Shown: positions 50,366 through 63,479 of the stretch, in pieces
How positions within the stretch are numbered: position 1 is the stretch's first letter
How the letters are laid out: every line of letters begins with the position of its first letter
Source of the DNA: Callorhinchus milii
Taxonomy: Eukaryota
Assembly (NCBI RefSeq): GCF_018977255.1
Contig: NW_024704742.1
Coordinates: 117,182,001-117,246,000, forward strand
Length of the DNA stretch: 64,000 nucleotides
Reading direction: 5' to 3'
The notes under the pieces: model-generated
What the model was told of the DNA's origin: nothing
Database searches by the model: none
The model's input: the letters and a program-made list of their open reading frames with translations, nothing else
Position numbers and translations under genes: made by a program

Positions 50366-53300
50366 ACATTTGGGCAGGATACAAGTCACTAGCCAAAGTC
50401 CATAGCCAGCTGGTATTGGCAGGCTATTTGACTGCAAGCAGCATCCAGCGGAGGTTGATGCTTCTCCTCCAGATCTCCACATGAGCAATGGTTTGTTTCA
50501 AGTAGTCCTTCTAGATGTCTCTAAATTGGCCTGATTCCAATGCCACCTCTTTGGGCAGATTTGATTTCCTTCAACAACAACACACAGGAGAGTATTACAG
50601 TTAGAATCAGTTCGACATAGGAGAGCAGGACGCCTAACTGAGAACCGAGAAAGGCTATTACTACTCAAAGCTCCATCTGCCTTTTAGTTTAAGTGTTTGG
50701 CTTACTCAGAAACACGTTTATCTGTTTATATTTACTTCAACTAATCTGAAGCAACTAAATCAGAATGTTTGGAATTCTCTGCCTGAATTCCTCATTTACT
50801 CCTAATTGCCAACAATAAAATGATATTCTAGTTGTTGAGCCCTTTATTAGTTGTGACTGAGGAGTGGGGGAGGTTAAAGAGAGAAATATAAGAAGGAATA
50901 TTATTCTTCCTGGGATCTGGAAGATTTGGATCAACTCAGATTCAATGAAGGCTACTTATTGACAATGCTAGATCAGGTCTTGAGATGTCATTCCATACTT
51001 AATGAATATAATCTTATAAGGGCCAGATTATAATGCGAGTTTCAATGAATACTCCTTTTAAAGCAGTAAATGGGAGCTGATTGAGCAGAACAATTTGTTC
51101 CAACATGTCATGACAAAAGGCTCAAGCAAAAAGCAGATTTAAATGTCCTATTGACGATTTCTGAAATGCAATAGATATGGTTTCAGATTGGCTTTTTTGC
51201 CCGCAGTAGTGAAGGGGCCAAAAGAAGTTGCAGCCAGACAGACCAGAAAATCTCAACCTTACTACCCAGCCATCTAATAATATGTTACCTTGATAACTTC
51301 CACGTCCTAGGAATAATGTTCATCGTCATCCTTAATCCACTCCACATCTTAAGACTCCCAGAGCCCAAGTAAATGCTGTCAATTGAGCTTTACCAGCACT
51401 ACAGAAAGGTAGCAGTCTGACCAGATCTCTGCTCATGTTCTTAAGTTACTGCTCTCTAGCACTGGTTGGTCTGCTTCTCACTCAGAACTCCCCATTTTTT
51501 CCTCGCTTTGGTTTCCTGGAGAGTGTGTCTGCTGTACTAGAACAGGCCCAGATGTGATGGCTCCACCACCAGTTTGCAAATCTGCTGATACTATCTAGAC
51601 TCGAACAACAACAACACAATTGCATTTATAGAGTGCCTTTCACGTCGGGAGGACGTCCCAAGGCATTGGATAGTTGGGTCAGGACCCGAGCAGGGGGTAA
51701 TGGTCAGGGTGAGGGGAGGGAAGTGAGGGAGCGAGGAGGGGGTAGAGAGACAAGAGGGGAGCTGAAGGCACGCTGAAGGCACAAAGAATGGACACTTTGG
51801 GGAGACACCAGAAGTCAGCCAGGGCTTAAGTGTCCCATCGTGAGTTAAAGCTTTCAGGAGCAGAAAAAGAAGATTTTGAATGTATTTGCCTACAAAAACT
51901 GTCACTACAATGAACTGTAATTCCTTATAAAGCTTATGTAATGGGAAATAGATTCAGAAATGGGTGAAAATATGCTACCAATGTACAGCTTTTCTGGGTG
52001 GGGGGGGAGGGGTGCAGAAATTGGCTTATTTTTGAAAATGGTGTCAGCCAGACTCAGTCACTAACTCTTCAATTAGAAGGTCGAGGGTTCAAGACCCACA
52101 TTGAGATTATGAACTCGCACTTAATGGCAAATTATATGATGCTGTTCACTCGGGTAGCATCTCGGAACACTTGTCTAGTTTAGATGCAGGGGGTCTGGTG
52201 GATGTTAAAGATCCTATCGCACTATGTGAAAGGAGAAGGGAGTTTCTCCCAATGTCCTGACCCACAATGAACCTAATAAAATTGGCGATCCATTTCATGG
52301 CTGTTTGTGGAACAATGCTGAGGGTAAATTAGCCACTATGTTCACCTACAAAATGCACAGACTGCAATTTACAGTATATCCTGTGAAGTATTTTGAGACA
52401 TCCTCCCAACATGAACGGCAATATATCAAATGTAAGGATTATTATGAATCCTAATAACTAATAAAAATAAAAAAAACTTTCTGTTCCTGTTTTTTTGTGT
52501 CACAGTTTTTTTTCCATAGTTACACAGCATTGGAGGTTTTAGCTAATTTTCCAAAGAAATGGGTTCAGGTTGATTTATGAATTCCACATTGGTGCCAATG
52601 TAAATAAGTCCCACCTCAGGGATGGGCTTCACTCAAGAGCAATTCTGATGAAATATAAACTTGGAACAGATTTTATCTTTCATTCATTTGTTCCTTCCCT
52701 TTTGTGCTGTATGAAGCAACCAGCCTCACCTATTTGTGTTTGCCTGTGATTCAACAAATGTTCTTTTATGTCAAAATAAAGTTTATGTGATGTCACTGAG
52801 TGCAGAGAGAATGGAGATACACACAAAGTAGTCAAATGGGTCATGTGTATCTCCATTCTCTCTATATTCAGAGGTTTGATACACGGATCCACATTGTCTT
52901 GTATCAGCTTGTTTCAATCAACACTGTCACCTATCGTTCAGAAGATTGTAGCTTAAAATCATTCATCAGGACTTGACCTCACAGTTAAGTTGACCCTCTA
53001 GTTCAGTATTGGTGGAAGGCTAGTATTGTTGGAGGTGCCATCCTTTGGATGAGATGTTAAACCAATCTGCCTGTTTTCAGATGGACGTCAAAGATTTCAT
53101 CACATTGTCTGGCCATCATTCCTCCAGGGATTTGGTCACTTATTTCACAGGAATTTGTGGAACTTTGCGTTGAATTAGTGCATAATATTTATTTCCTGAT
53201 ACAGTACATGGTTCTCTTGGCAGAAGTCCAATGAATAACTATTTATCTGAGTCATTTTCTTATTAGCAAAATAAGCATTAAAAAAACAGTGTTAATTTGC

Positions 53301-53812
53301 CACTCTGTCTCTTTCTCTGTCTCACCTGCCGCCGTCTTGTGCTCTCCTTAACTGCCTTCAAATTGCATTGGAAGACCTTCCTTTTCAATCATGCCTATGG
53401 TCACCTCCCGTCTCTCCCAGGCTCAGAGTCAAGTTCTGCCCCTGTTAAGTGCTCCGAGATGCTCCAGTGCGTGAAGGGCGCTATATAAATGCAAGTTATT
53501 GTTCTTAATTTGAATGACCTTAGTGTTTGCTCTGTGGTTCTCGGGTGAAAATATGCAAGAATTGTACAGTGAGTCCTGATGTGTAAGGCACTATATAAGC
53601 CCTCCGAGTCGCCGTCCATGGTGCACGGCACTATATAAATACAAGTTGTTGTTGTATAAATGTAACTTTTTATTGTATATAGACTCTCAGAGGAGGTATG
53701 CAAGAGCTGCATGGTACAAAGTGCAAGGGTTGTATGGCATGTAGATTACAGAGTCTGGGTTAAGATTGCAGTTTTGAAGACAGTATTAATGGTGTGCGTT
53801 TCTCTCTTACAG

Positions 53813-53912
53813 CTATTGTGGATGATGAAAGGCTCTCTGCGGAGGAAATGGATGAGAGGAGGCATCAGAACATCGCCTATGAGTATTTATGTCACCTGGA
53901 GGAGGCCAAACA
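53813..53912 (+). CDS. IQGAP2: IQGAP2 coding exon 2 (SIVDDERLSAEEMDERRHQNIAYEYLCHLEEAK..); later exons lie beyond the window
   Basis: ttctctcttacag| acceptor, |gtaagc donor; 100 nt; near-identical to the IQGAP segment DDERLSAEEMDERRRQNIAYEYLCHLEEAK; position downstream of SV2C. Confidence 0.94.
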
Positions 53913-54856
53913 GTAAGCACTGTTATAACTCAGATTCTACATATAGATCACTGAGATTAGTGGTAATAATAATAATAATAATAGTAATGGTTAAAAGACT
54001 TCTGACAATCTTATCGAAATGACAATAATTGTTACAGAACAGTAGCAATAAAGAATTTTCCAAAGTTCCGCACTTAAGGCTCACCCCGTGAAGAATTTTA
54101 GGCCTATGATCTCTCAAATGATGTTTGCATTAAATTTGTGAGTAATGTTCCTTAAATCATGGATGAAGACATGAGTTGATGATCCAAATGAGGCATCAAG
54201 CACAATACAGACTGGGGTTGCTGTGAGGATATAATATCTTTCTGAGGTGTCATGTGTTGTGATTTCTCCCTTGAGATGATTGATGGCTTATTGATTTTGT
54301 TTGTGGTTGAAGCACTGCCTTTAAAGAAAGAGGAAGACCACATCATGTTCACATTATGTTCAATCAGTTACTGTGACATGACATCACTGTAAAAACCCAG
54401 TTTATTCAATTATATTTTTGCATTTGGTACACAGCCTAAACTCCAAACCAAAATACATTTTGCCCACTCTTCTATTACCGGAGCCCTGTCAGCGATCTAC
54501 TATTCAACGGGATTCAAATAACTAGATCAAACACATTTTTTCTTTCGTCCATCATGTGCTTTACAATGTTCAGGAGTCCAATTTTCTCAACGTTTTTGAT
54601 ACCAAAGATTGGCCCAATTTTTTCTTGAAATCTAGTGGACCATTAGTAAATGAGCCTATCAGGACCCTCAATCTATAAATAATAATAATCCTTGTATTTG
54701 ATATTGCGCCTTATCACGTAGTTGAGACATCTCAAAGCACTTCATAGACTATAGTGTAAAGTGGAATGACTGTGTATTTTGTTGGCGAAACTAAAGAGAT
54801 CCCCAGAATGAATCGTCCATTAGTCCTTAGACTGATCATTGAGAAGACTCGGTGAA

Positions 54857-55435
54857 GGCTGCCGAAACCCTGACCCATGCATTCACCACATCAAGGCTCG
54901 ATTATGGAAACTCCCTCTTCATCGGCCTTCCCGACTCTTCCCTTCACAAGCTGCAGATCAGCCAAAACACTGCAGCTCGTGTACTCTCACGCACCAGGCT
55001 CCGTGACCCCATCACTCCCACCCTCACCTGACTCCACTGGCTCCCCATCCCCCAGAGGATCGAGTTCAAGATCCTCGTCCTCATTTTCAAGGCCATCCAT
55101 GACTTTGCCCCCTCCTACCTCTCTGACCTGCTGACTCCCTACTAACCTGCCCGCTCCCTCCATTCAGCGGGCTCCGGCCTGCTCCATGTCTCCTGCCCCT
55201 ACTATCAGTGGCCGAGCTTTCAGCCTCTCTGCCCCCACACTCTGGAACTCCATCCCACAGTTCCTTCGCCTCACTTCCTCCCTTCCCTCCTTCTAGGCTT
55301 GTCTCAAGACCCTCCTCTTCGATCGTACCTTCAATCGCCCTCCCACTGCCTTCCTTCACCCCTACCCCACCCCTCCCCCATGCCCGGGTTCTGACCGCTG
55401 ATTGTCCAGCACCTTGGGACGTCCGCCCGACAGGA
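54857..55435 (+). mobile_element. L2 3' fragment
   Basis: Highly similar to inverted copies at 55965-56735 and 62070-63050. Confidence 0.9.
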
Positions 55436-55964
55436 AGTCGCTTTATAAGGTGCTATATCAAATGCTAGGATTATTATTATTTTATTATTCTCAGTGAAGT
55501 ATCCAAGACCTGAAATTCTGGTTAGTCTTAGCTTATAAGACCATTTTGTTTTAAAGTTTGAGGGTGCGGCGTTAAAGAACTTTCTTCAACATGGTTTAAA
55601 TTTAAGACGACAGCCTTCCACAGGTGTTAAAATGTACTGATTTACAATGCAATTTAAGAATGTTACACAGCTCTATCTGGTTGGAATTCAGCCTGGCAGC
55701 AAAGTCAGAAGTGAATTGAACAATCTCGCTATGTAACGTTGTCTTGGACTCAATCACAAGTGATTTTTAGATATAAATCCAGTCATCTTAATGTGCAACC
55801 ACAACGGACTAAAAGTAAGAGCTCACATACCAAAATAAACTGTAATGTGATTAAACATAGATAATGTACTTTAACAATAATAATCGTTTGATACAGTGCC
55901 TTTTACGTTGGGAGGACATCTTAAAGCGCTTCACTAAACAAACTGTAAAGTATACAAATACTTT

Positions 55965-56735
55965 AAAATTACATTTGTAAAGCGCCTTTCAGTTGGAGGA
56001 CCAAACAGTCAGGGATTTGGACCTGAGCGTGGTTGTGGGGTGGGGTGGGGTTTGGGGATCAGGGAGGGTGGAGGGCAGAGAGTGGAGGAGGGTGGCCGAA
56101 GACATGGTCGAAGAGGTGGGTCTTGAGGTTTGCCTTGAAGGAGGCAAGGGAGGGATAGAATTCCAGAGGGTGGGGGCAGAGAGGCTGAAGGCCTGACCGC
56201 CGATGGTGGGGCGGGCCAGGCGGGGGACATGGAGCAGGCTGAAGCCTGCTAAGTGGAGGGAGCGGACAGGTTGATAAGGGATTAGCAGGTAGGAGGGGCA
56301 AGGCCATGGAGGGCCTTGAAGGTGAGGACGAGAATTTTAAACTCGATTCTAAACTCGATTCTCTGAGGGATGGGGAGTCAGTGGAGCCGGGCGAGGGTGG
56401 GGGTGATGGGGTCACAGAGCCTGGTGCGGGGGGGGCCCCGAGCTGCAGAGTTCTGGATGATCTGCAGCTTGTGGAGGGAAGAGTTGAGAAGGCTGACAAG
56501 CAGGGAGTTGGCATAAACCAGCCTGGTTGTAATGAAGGCATGTATGAGGGTTTCAGCAACCTGAGGGGCCAGGCAGTGGCAAAGTCGGGCAATGTTGCAG
56601 AGGTGAGAGAAGGCAGAGTGGGTCATGGCATGGATGTGGGGCAGAAAGGACAGTTGAGGGTTGAACAAGACAATTAGGTTCCTGGTTGGCTTGGTGAGGT
56701 GGAGTGTGCATCCCTGGATGCTGATGCTCAGTGAC
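55965..56735 (-). mobile_element. L2 3' fragment
   Basis: AETLIHAFITTRL..NSLL..LQIIQNSAAR..LARLH. Confidence 0.9.
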
Positions 56736-57084
56736 TGAGCTATAAAATATAGGTGAAGTACGCTTCTCTGTCATATGCACTGTTTGTAACCTTGCGCTTA
56801 AGAGATTTAGTCCTCTGTTTTAAGACAAAATCTGCCATTTTTAAATGCTATGTGAGATTTCAAAGAAACATTTAGTTTTTGACCTTCGGTAACAGTGTTA
56901 GTTCTGCAACTCATTATAAGAGCAGAATGCATTTTAAAAGTAACACGTGTGAAACTCATCAAGTAAAAGTTCCCTTTTCTTGCCACCAGCCCACGTTGCA
57001 TGAGCTAGAAGAAACTGCATTCATACTTCTGCTAAATACATTCCATGTTACAGCATTGGTGTGAACTATAACAGCAATTAATCT

Positions 57085-58530
57085 ACAACAACATCAACAA
57101 CTTGGATTTATATAGCGCCCTCCACGCCGGACGGCGTCTCAGAGCGCTTCACAGTAACGGATCTTGGGGCTGAGGCCAGGGGGATGGGGAGGAAGGTGAC
57201 CAAAGGCGCAGTTGAAAAAAAAGGTCTTCAGCCGAGACCTGAAAGTAGGAAGAGAGGGAGCGAGGCGAAGGGAGTGAGAAAGGGAATTCCAGAGCCTCGG
57301 GGCATAGTGGCTGAAGGCACGGCTGCCGAGGGTGGAGCGGAGGACTCGGGGGATGAGAAGGAGGCCAGACCCGGAGGAACAAAGGCAATGGGTACTGTTT
57401 TGAGGAGAGAGGAGGTCAGAGAGGTAGGGGGGCTGCAGAGGAGTGGAAGGATTTGAATAGAAGGGTGAGGATCTTGAAGTCGATCCTCTCTGGGAACAGG
57501 CAGCCAGTGCAGTCTGGCAAGGACTGGGGTGATCGGGGAGCGGAGTCTGGTGTGGTTAAGAATGCAGATGGCAGAGTTTTGAATGATCTCTGTACTGTGG
57601 GCAGGGCAGAAACCGGATTGGAGGGGTTTGAAGAGGGAGTGGGGGGAGAGGTGTGCACAAAATTGATTGGCAACAACGCGTTCTAGGACTTATGCGAGGA
57701 AGGGCAGGTTTGAAATGGGATGGTAGTGGCTGAGGTTTAAGGGATCTAGGGAAGGTTTTTTGAGGAGGGGGTGATGACAGCAGTTTTGAGGGGGGCAGGA
57801 ACTGATCCGGAGGAGAGAGACTGGTTGATGACGTCAGCCAGTAGTGGACAGAGGAAGGGGAGCTGGGTGACCAGCAAATTGGTGGGGAGGGGGTCGAGGC
57901 AGTAGGTGATGGGTTTCATGGAGGTGATGGTGGGTGAGAGGGAGGAGGGAGAGTTGGGGAGGAAGGAATATAGGATGGGGGTGGTGGTAGGAGCAGATGA
58001 TGGGGAGGGTGAGAGAGACAGAGAGGGCATGGTGGTGGGTGACAAGAGGCAGGTGGATGAGGCTGCCTGGCAGATGTTGTGAATTTTAGATGAAAAGAAG
58101 TCCATGACCTTCTCGCACTTGACATTTGATATGAAGATTGAGGAGGCCTGAGTGGGGGCACGGAGGAGGTAGTGGGTGGTGGAAAAAAGGATTTTAGGGT
58201 TCTATTTAGCCTTGAAGATGATGTTGGAGTAGAACGCCGTTTTTGCGCTTGTCAAGGAATGGCAGTAGCTGTGGAGATGCTCGATCCACAGTTGGGGGTG
58301 GACTGTCAGACCAGTTTTCTGCCATCTGCGCTCGAGCAGCTGGGTTTGGGTTTTTAGGCGACGGAGATGGTTGTTGTACCAGGGGGATCGGGTGGGTTTG
58401 GAAATGGTCCTGGATTTCAGGGGGACGAGGGAGTTGAAGGTGAAGGAGAGGCAATCATGGAGCAACTGGACAGCTGCTTCAGGGTCTCCGCCGGTGGAAG
58501 GCCAGAGGGATAGAATGTTTAATGATGCGA
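57085..58530 (-). mobile_element. L2 element with internal deletion (pre-RT region joined to C-terminus) and intact tail
   Basis: SPWYNNHLRRLK..ERRWQKT, CLDPLPT..SLSSG.VP..LKTAVITP, then directly the 3' region and (TTG) tail. Confidence 0.85.
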
Positions 58531-58914
58531 GGGCCTTTGCTATCGAGTAAATATTTAGTTTGCCCTAAAACACCTTTCCTTAAAATATTACATTGATTCT
58601 AGTGATAATAGTCACGTTTTTAGGCTTAACTTCTTAAACAGGATTTCTTGATAAGGAAACCTGTTAAAATTCCATTCCAATGGGGTGGGAACTCTAATCC
58701 AGAAGTTGATTGAGCACTGACATTACATACCTCTGTATCTTGGTCAGAGTGTCCATTGACTCTGACTCCCTATGAAGGAATTCCATTAAGAAATACCGTC
58801 AAATTTGAGAACATTGTCTGCTTTGATAATCTTGCATCTGAAGTGCGAAATCTGAAGTGAGCACTCGTGTTTTCTTTTATTTATTCAGTTGTGCAAACTA
58901 CATTGTGAACCCAA

Positions 58915-59290
58915 TAGCAACAACAAAAACTTGCATTTGTATAGTGCCTCCATGCCAGGCGACGTCCCAGAGCGCTTAACAATGCTAGAGCCTGAGGCCA
59001 AGCCAGTGGGAAGGGGAAGGTGACCGTAGGTACAGTCGAAGAGGAAGGTCTTCAGGTGCAACCTGAAAATGGGGAAAGAGGGGGCGAGGTGAAGGGATTG
59101 AGGGAGGGAGTTCTATAGCTTCGGAGGGTAGTGGCTGAAGGCACGGCTGCTGATGGTAGAGCGGACGATTCGAGGGACAAGGAGGAAGCCGGAGCCAGTA
59201 GAGTGGAGGCAGCAGGTACTGCTGTGAGGAGAGAGGAGTTTGGAGAGATAGGTGGGTGCCACGACGTGGAGGGACACGAGCCTTGGTTAA
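58915..59290 (-). mobile_element. L2 3' fragment
   Basis: Similar to 57085-57430. Confidence 0.8.
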
Positions 59291-60926
59291 TATTAGCTTT
59301 GCTGAGAATATGGGTCTACTGTGGCCAGGGTGGTACACTCCGGTTCCAGGACTCACTAGCAAATTTCCCATGTGAAAAAACATGGAGGATGTTCATGGAT
59401 ACAAATAATGGACTTATGGTTGTAATATCTCCACTGGTAAATGGGATTAATTTAGTGAAACATTGCTGGTATCAACAAAACAACTATTTGCATTTATATA
59501 GCGCCCCTCACACAGGGTAGGGTCTCGGAGCTCAGTGCATGTCTCGTATGTTTGGGAAGCGTTGATCTTGCGTTGTGAAGGAAGTGATGTCAGTGTTGTG
59601 CATAGTGAGCATGAGCAGTGTGCATTAAGTTATGTCATCAGTAAACAGATGGTCTGGACTTTGACTAAAGCTTTGTACTTTTTATATAACTTGACCTTCA
59701 AGATATAAGATATTGTACTTAAGCAGCTGCGCTGTATCTGTGTTTCCCTGTACTTTAATGCTAGTGTAACTCATTGCCTCCTCTTTTGTGAATGAATTAA
59801 AACTTTACGTTTTATTGGTCTGACTTGAGGATTCACATGGTGTCTGTCACATGCCAGGCTGATTTTGAATCGCCCAAAAAGGTTGTGTTAATGGTTTCAG
59901 TTCCCTCTGTGTTTTAGTTTTGGGTCATTGATTTTAGCAATAATTTGGAACAGATGAGTTTCAATTCTTCAGCATTCTTGTGATCTAATCTTGGCTTTAC
60001 ACAAACTAATTAAAAGAACCAAATGCTAAGATTTGAATTTGACTTTGAACTATTTGAATTCTATTTGAGGTTGAACTCTAGATGTTTATCCTTAAAACAC
60101 ATCTGAATTTTTTGTTTACATACACGTCATTAACGTGTTCAGTAAAGTCACCAGAGCTTCCAAGAAATTTTTGTTTAAAAATATTGGTCCTTGATTTGAC
60201 TTTCACTATTTTTGTAGGTTGAATGAGTTTTTTTCAAATTACTTTAGCTCATAAACTAGATACAGTTTTGACATTGAGTCAGCAGGCAATCAAATTCCAT
60301 TAGCTGATGAAAAGTTAATGTATTGTCCACAATTTGAGCTGTAATGGTTAATTGGTGAAATAATCCTTTAAGTTATTTTGCTTATTTAGTTTTAAAAATA
60401 TTTTGTTGCCACCCGTACATAAAAACCACTTTGGTCCAGTCCCCTGAGTGGTTGCTTAAAACTGGACTGACTGTAAATTAAATTTGTTGTTGTTGGTAAT
60501 GGACAAACACTAACTTTCTGTGAGAGCAGTGGTGTAATAGTTGGCCTAAGGCTTTCCTTGTGTATCACAGGATCATCATCAATGAGCTGGAGCTTTGGTT
60601 TCTCATAGCCAATTTTACACATTTACATCAAGAACAAAGTTCTGAATAACTTTAGCTTTAGAATCACTCTCTACCCCTCTTAGGACTTTGCTTTCCAAGT
60701 TCTTAAGTGTCATTATCTAGTAACATGAAACATGTGTTGCACTGAGACTCAAAATATATTGCAGATTCAACTTAATTATTGTATTGAGGGTGTGATAGAA
60801 TCTAATTCATTGATGCTTTATTTATACAATACACGCAGTCCGATTTTGCAGTGTTGTTTTTGTTTGTATGACCCCTCACTTTGTTCTGAAATTCCTCAGG
60901 TGAACTAATAGTGTGAAACAAAGTAT

Positions 60927-61460
60927 TGTGGAGTCCTGTAGCTCAGCGGTTAGAGCACTCGCCTTGCAAGTGAGAGACCTGGGTTCAATTCCAGGCAGGG
61001 CGAAACCTTGGGCAAGTTTCCTTACTCCACATGCCTAATAATAATCCCTCCAAAACCAAAAACAATTATAAATTAATCATTTTCAATCTACGACTGTTTG
61101 TTGGACATTGCTGTGCGCAATTGGCTGCCGCGTTAGCCCACAAATATACAGTCAATTCACTTTACAGTATGTTCTGTGAAGCGCTTTGGGACGTCCTCCT
61201 GACGTGAAAAGCGCTATATCAAATGCAAGGATTATTATTATTATTACTCCACACGCTTAATAATAATCCCTTAAAACAAAGCAATAATAAATTGGTCATT
61301 TTCAATCCACGACTGTTTGTGGGACACCGTTGTGTGCAATTGGCTGCCGTGTTTCGCCTACAAATATAGTCAATTCACTTTACAGTATATTTGTGAAGCG
61401 CTTTGAGACGTGAAGAAGATGTGAAAAGCGCTATATCAAATGCAAGGATTATTATTATTA
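60927..61460 (+). mobile_element. Head-to-tail SINE dimer: full-length copy (60927-61245) plus headless copy (61242-61460)
   Basis: Second unit starts at ttactccacac, overlapping the first unit's TTA tail. Confidence 0.9.
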
Positions 61461-61517
61461 CATTCTATGAAGCAACTTGGTGTGATAAGGCGCTATACCA
61501 AATACAAGGATTTCATA

Positions 61518-61730
61518 AAAACAAAAACAGAAATCGCTGGGAACACTCAGCAGGTCAGGCAGCATCTATGGAGAAAGGGAAGTGAGTCAACATTTCGGGT
61601 CCACATAGGCTCATGGACCCCAAACTTTGACTCACTTCCCTTTCTCCATAGATGCTGCCTGACCTGTTGAGTGTTCCCAGCGACTTCTGTTTGGTTTCAG
61701 ATTTCCAGTATCTGCAGTATTTTGCGTTTT
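61518..61730. mobile_element. Palindromic (fold-back) copy of the same Penelope-like element
   Basis: ~85-bp inverted arms 61518-61603 / 61614-61697 around a 10-nt spacer. Confidence 0.8.
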
Positions 61731-62069
61731 GCACGGATTTCATATCTTTATGCTTGGCCTTTCTCTATGTTGCCAATATTTATTCAATTGTCGCTGAAGT
61801 TTTGTCTCATTCCTGTCATGCTCCCAAAGCACCGATCTTACCACTCCCTGCCTGCTTCTCACTGAGTTGAGTAATGGAATCCTACTCTTAACACACTCTT
61901 TCCCAACACAACCAACTTTCAATCTCCAATTTGCAGGCATATAAGATCCAAAATTGGTGTCACTTAATCATTACTTTGATTTATCATGTGTTCTCTGATT
62001 CTTTTTAACCTGTAGGTGTCTGCACTATGGGCCTTAGCTCTTTATCTCAGTTCCTCTTAAAGTGTGTGT

Positions 62070-63050
62070 ACAACAACAACAAAATTACATTTATAGAGCG
62101 CCTTTCACGTCGGGAGGAAGACCCAAAGCACTGGACAGTCAGGGTTCAGGACCCAAGCATGGGGGAGGGGTGGGGTAGGGGGAGGGAAGGCAGAGAGATG
62201 GGAGGGTGACCGAAGGCACAATCGAAGAGGAGGGTCTTTAGACCGGCCTTGAAGGAGGCAAGGGAGGAAGCGAGGTGAAGGGACTGTGGGCTGGAGTTCC
62301 AGAGTGTAGGGGCAGGGAGGCTGAAAGCCCGGTCACCGATGATAGAGCGGGTTGGACAGGAGACATGGAACAGGCAGGAGCCCGCTGAACAGAGGGAGTG
62401 GGCAGGTTGGTAGGGAGTCAGCAAGTCAGAGAGGTAGGAGGGGGCAAGGCCATTGAAAGTGAGGACGAGGATCTTGAATTCGATCCTCTGAGGGATGGGG
62501 AGCCAGTGGAGTCGGGCGAGGGTGGGAGTGATGGGGTCGCGGAGCCTGGTGCGCGAGAGTACACGAGCTGCATAGTTTTGACTGATCTGCAGCTTGTGAA
62601 GGGAAGAGTTGGGAAGGCCGATGAGGAGGGAATTTCCATAATCAAGCCTTGAGGTGACGAATGCGTCGGTAAGGGTTTCGGCAGCCTGAGGGGTGAGGCA
62701 GTGGTGGAGTCTGGAGACTGGCAATGTTGTGGAGGTGGTGGTAGGCAGTGCGAGTCATGGTGCGGATGTGGGGGAGAAAGGACAGTTCAGGGTCAAATAA
62801 GACATCCAGGTTCCTGACTGGCTTAGTGAGGTTGAGTGTGCAACTGTGAAGGCTGATGCCCCCAATGTCCAAGGTGCGGAGGCGCTAGCGCGAGCCAATA
62901 GTGAGGGACTCGGTCTTGCTGATGTTCAGCTGGAGAAAGTTGTCCCTCATCCAGGACTTGATGTCAGACAGGCAGCCGGTCAGGATCCCAGTAGTCCTGG
63001 AGTTGAGGGTGGAGGCAGAGAGATAAAGTTGGGTGTCATCTGCATACATG
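62070..63050 (-). mobile_element. L2 3' fragment from YADD to tail
   Basis: YADDTQLY (63045 downwards), SRLDYGNSLL, LHWLPIPQRIEFKIL, PTLWNS, tail and (TTG)n. Confidence 0.92.
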
Positions 63051-63324
63051 TGGGTGTAAGCATGAGCTTGTAATTATTTCATGTATTTCTTTAAGGTTAG
63101 TTCTCATTTCTCTTCAGATGTGTTATGTTAGTTTGTAAGTGACAACCAAAGTGGTGTTTGAAATGAAAAATGAGACTCCAGTTAAAACCACAAATATTTT
63201 GAGACTTATAAAATATGTGAAAAGAGTTGTGTGGTCTGTTCATTCTTACAGCAGTAAAAGTTAAATCAGTGCACAGAGATCAAGCAGATCCTACAAGTTC
63301 CATTCATCTTTTATATATATATTT

Positions 63325-63437
63325 TACCTACAAAATATACAGTCAATTCACTTTACAGTGTGTTCTGTGAAGCGCTTTGGGACGTCGTCCCGACGTGAAA
63401 AGCGCTATATCAAATGCAAGGATTATTATTATTATTA
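63325..63437 (+). mobile_element. 5'-truncated young SINE (3' end only)
   Basis: ATATACAGTCAATTCACTTTACAG...hairpin tail...(TTA)n. Confidence 0.85.
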
Positions 63438-63479
63438 AGAGCATGAGCACACCAAAGCAAACTTTGGATGTTGAGTGCA

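Noticed and set aside
48790..50488. Possible active reverse transcriptase
   Set aside because: Broken across several frames with stops and 5'-truncated; the same applies to all L2 and CR1 pieces here
53711..54022. 103-aa ORF spanning IQGAP2 exon 2
   Set aside because: Wrong frame; the conserved peptide is in another frame bounded by splice sites
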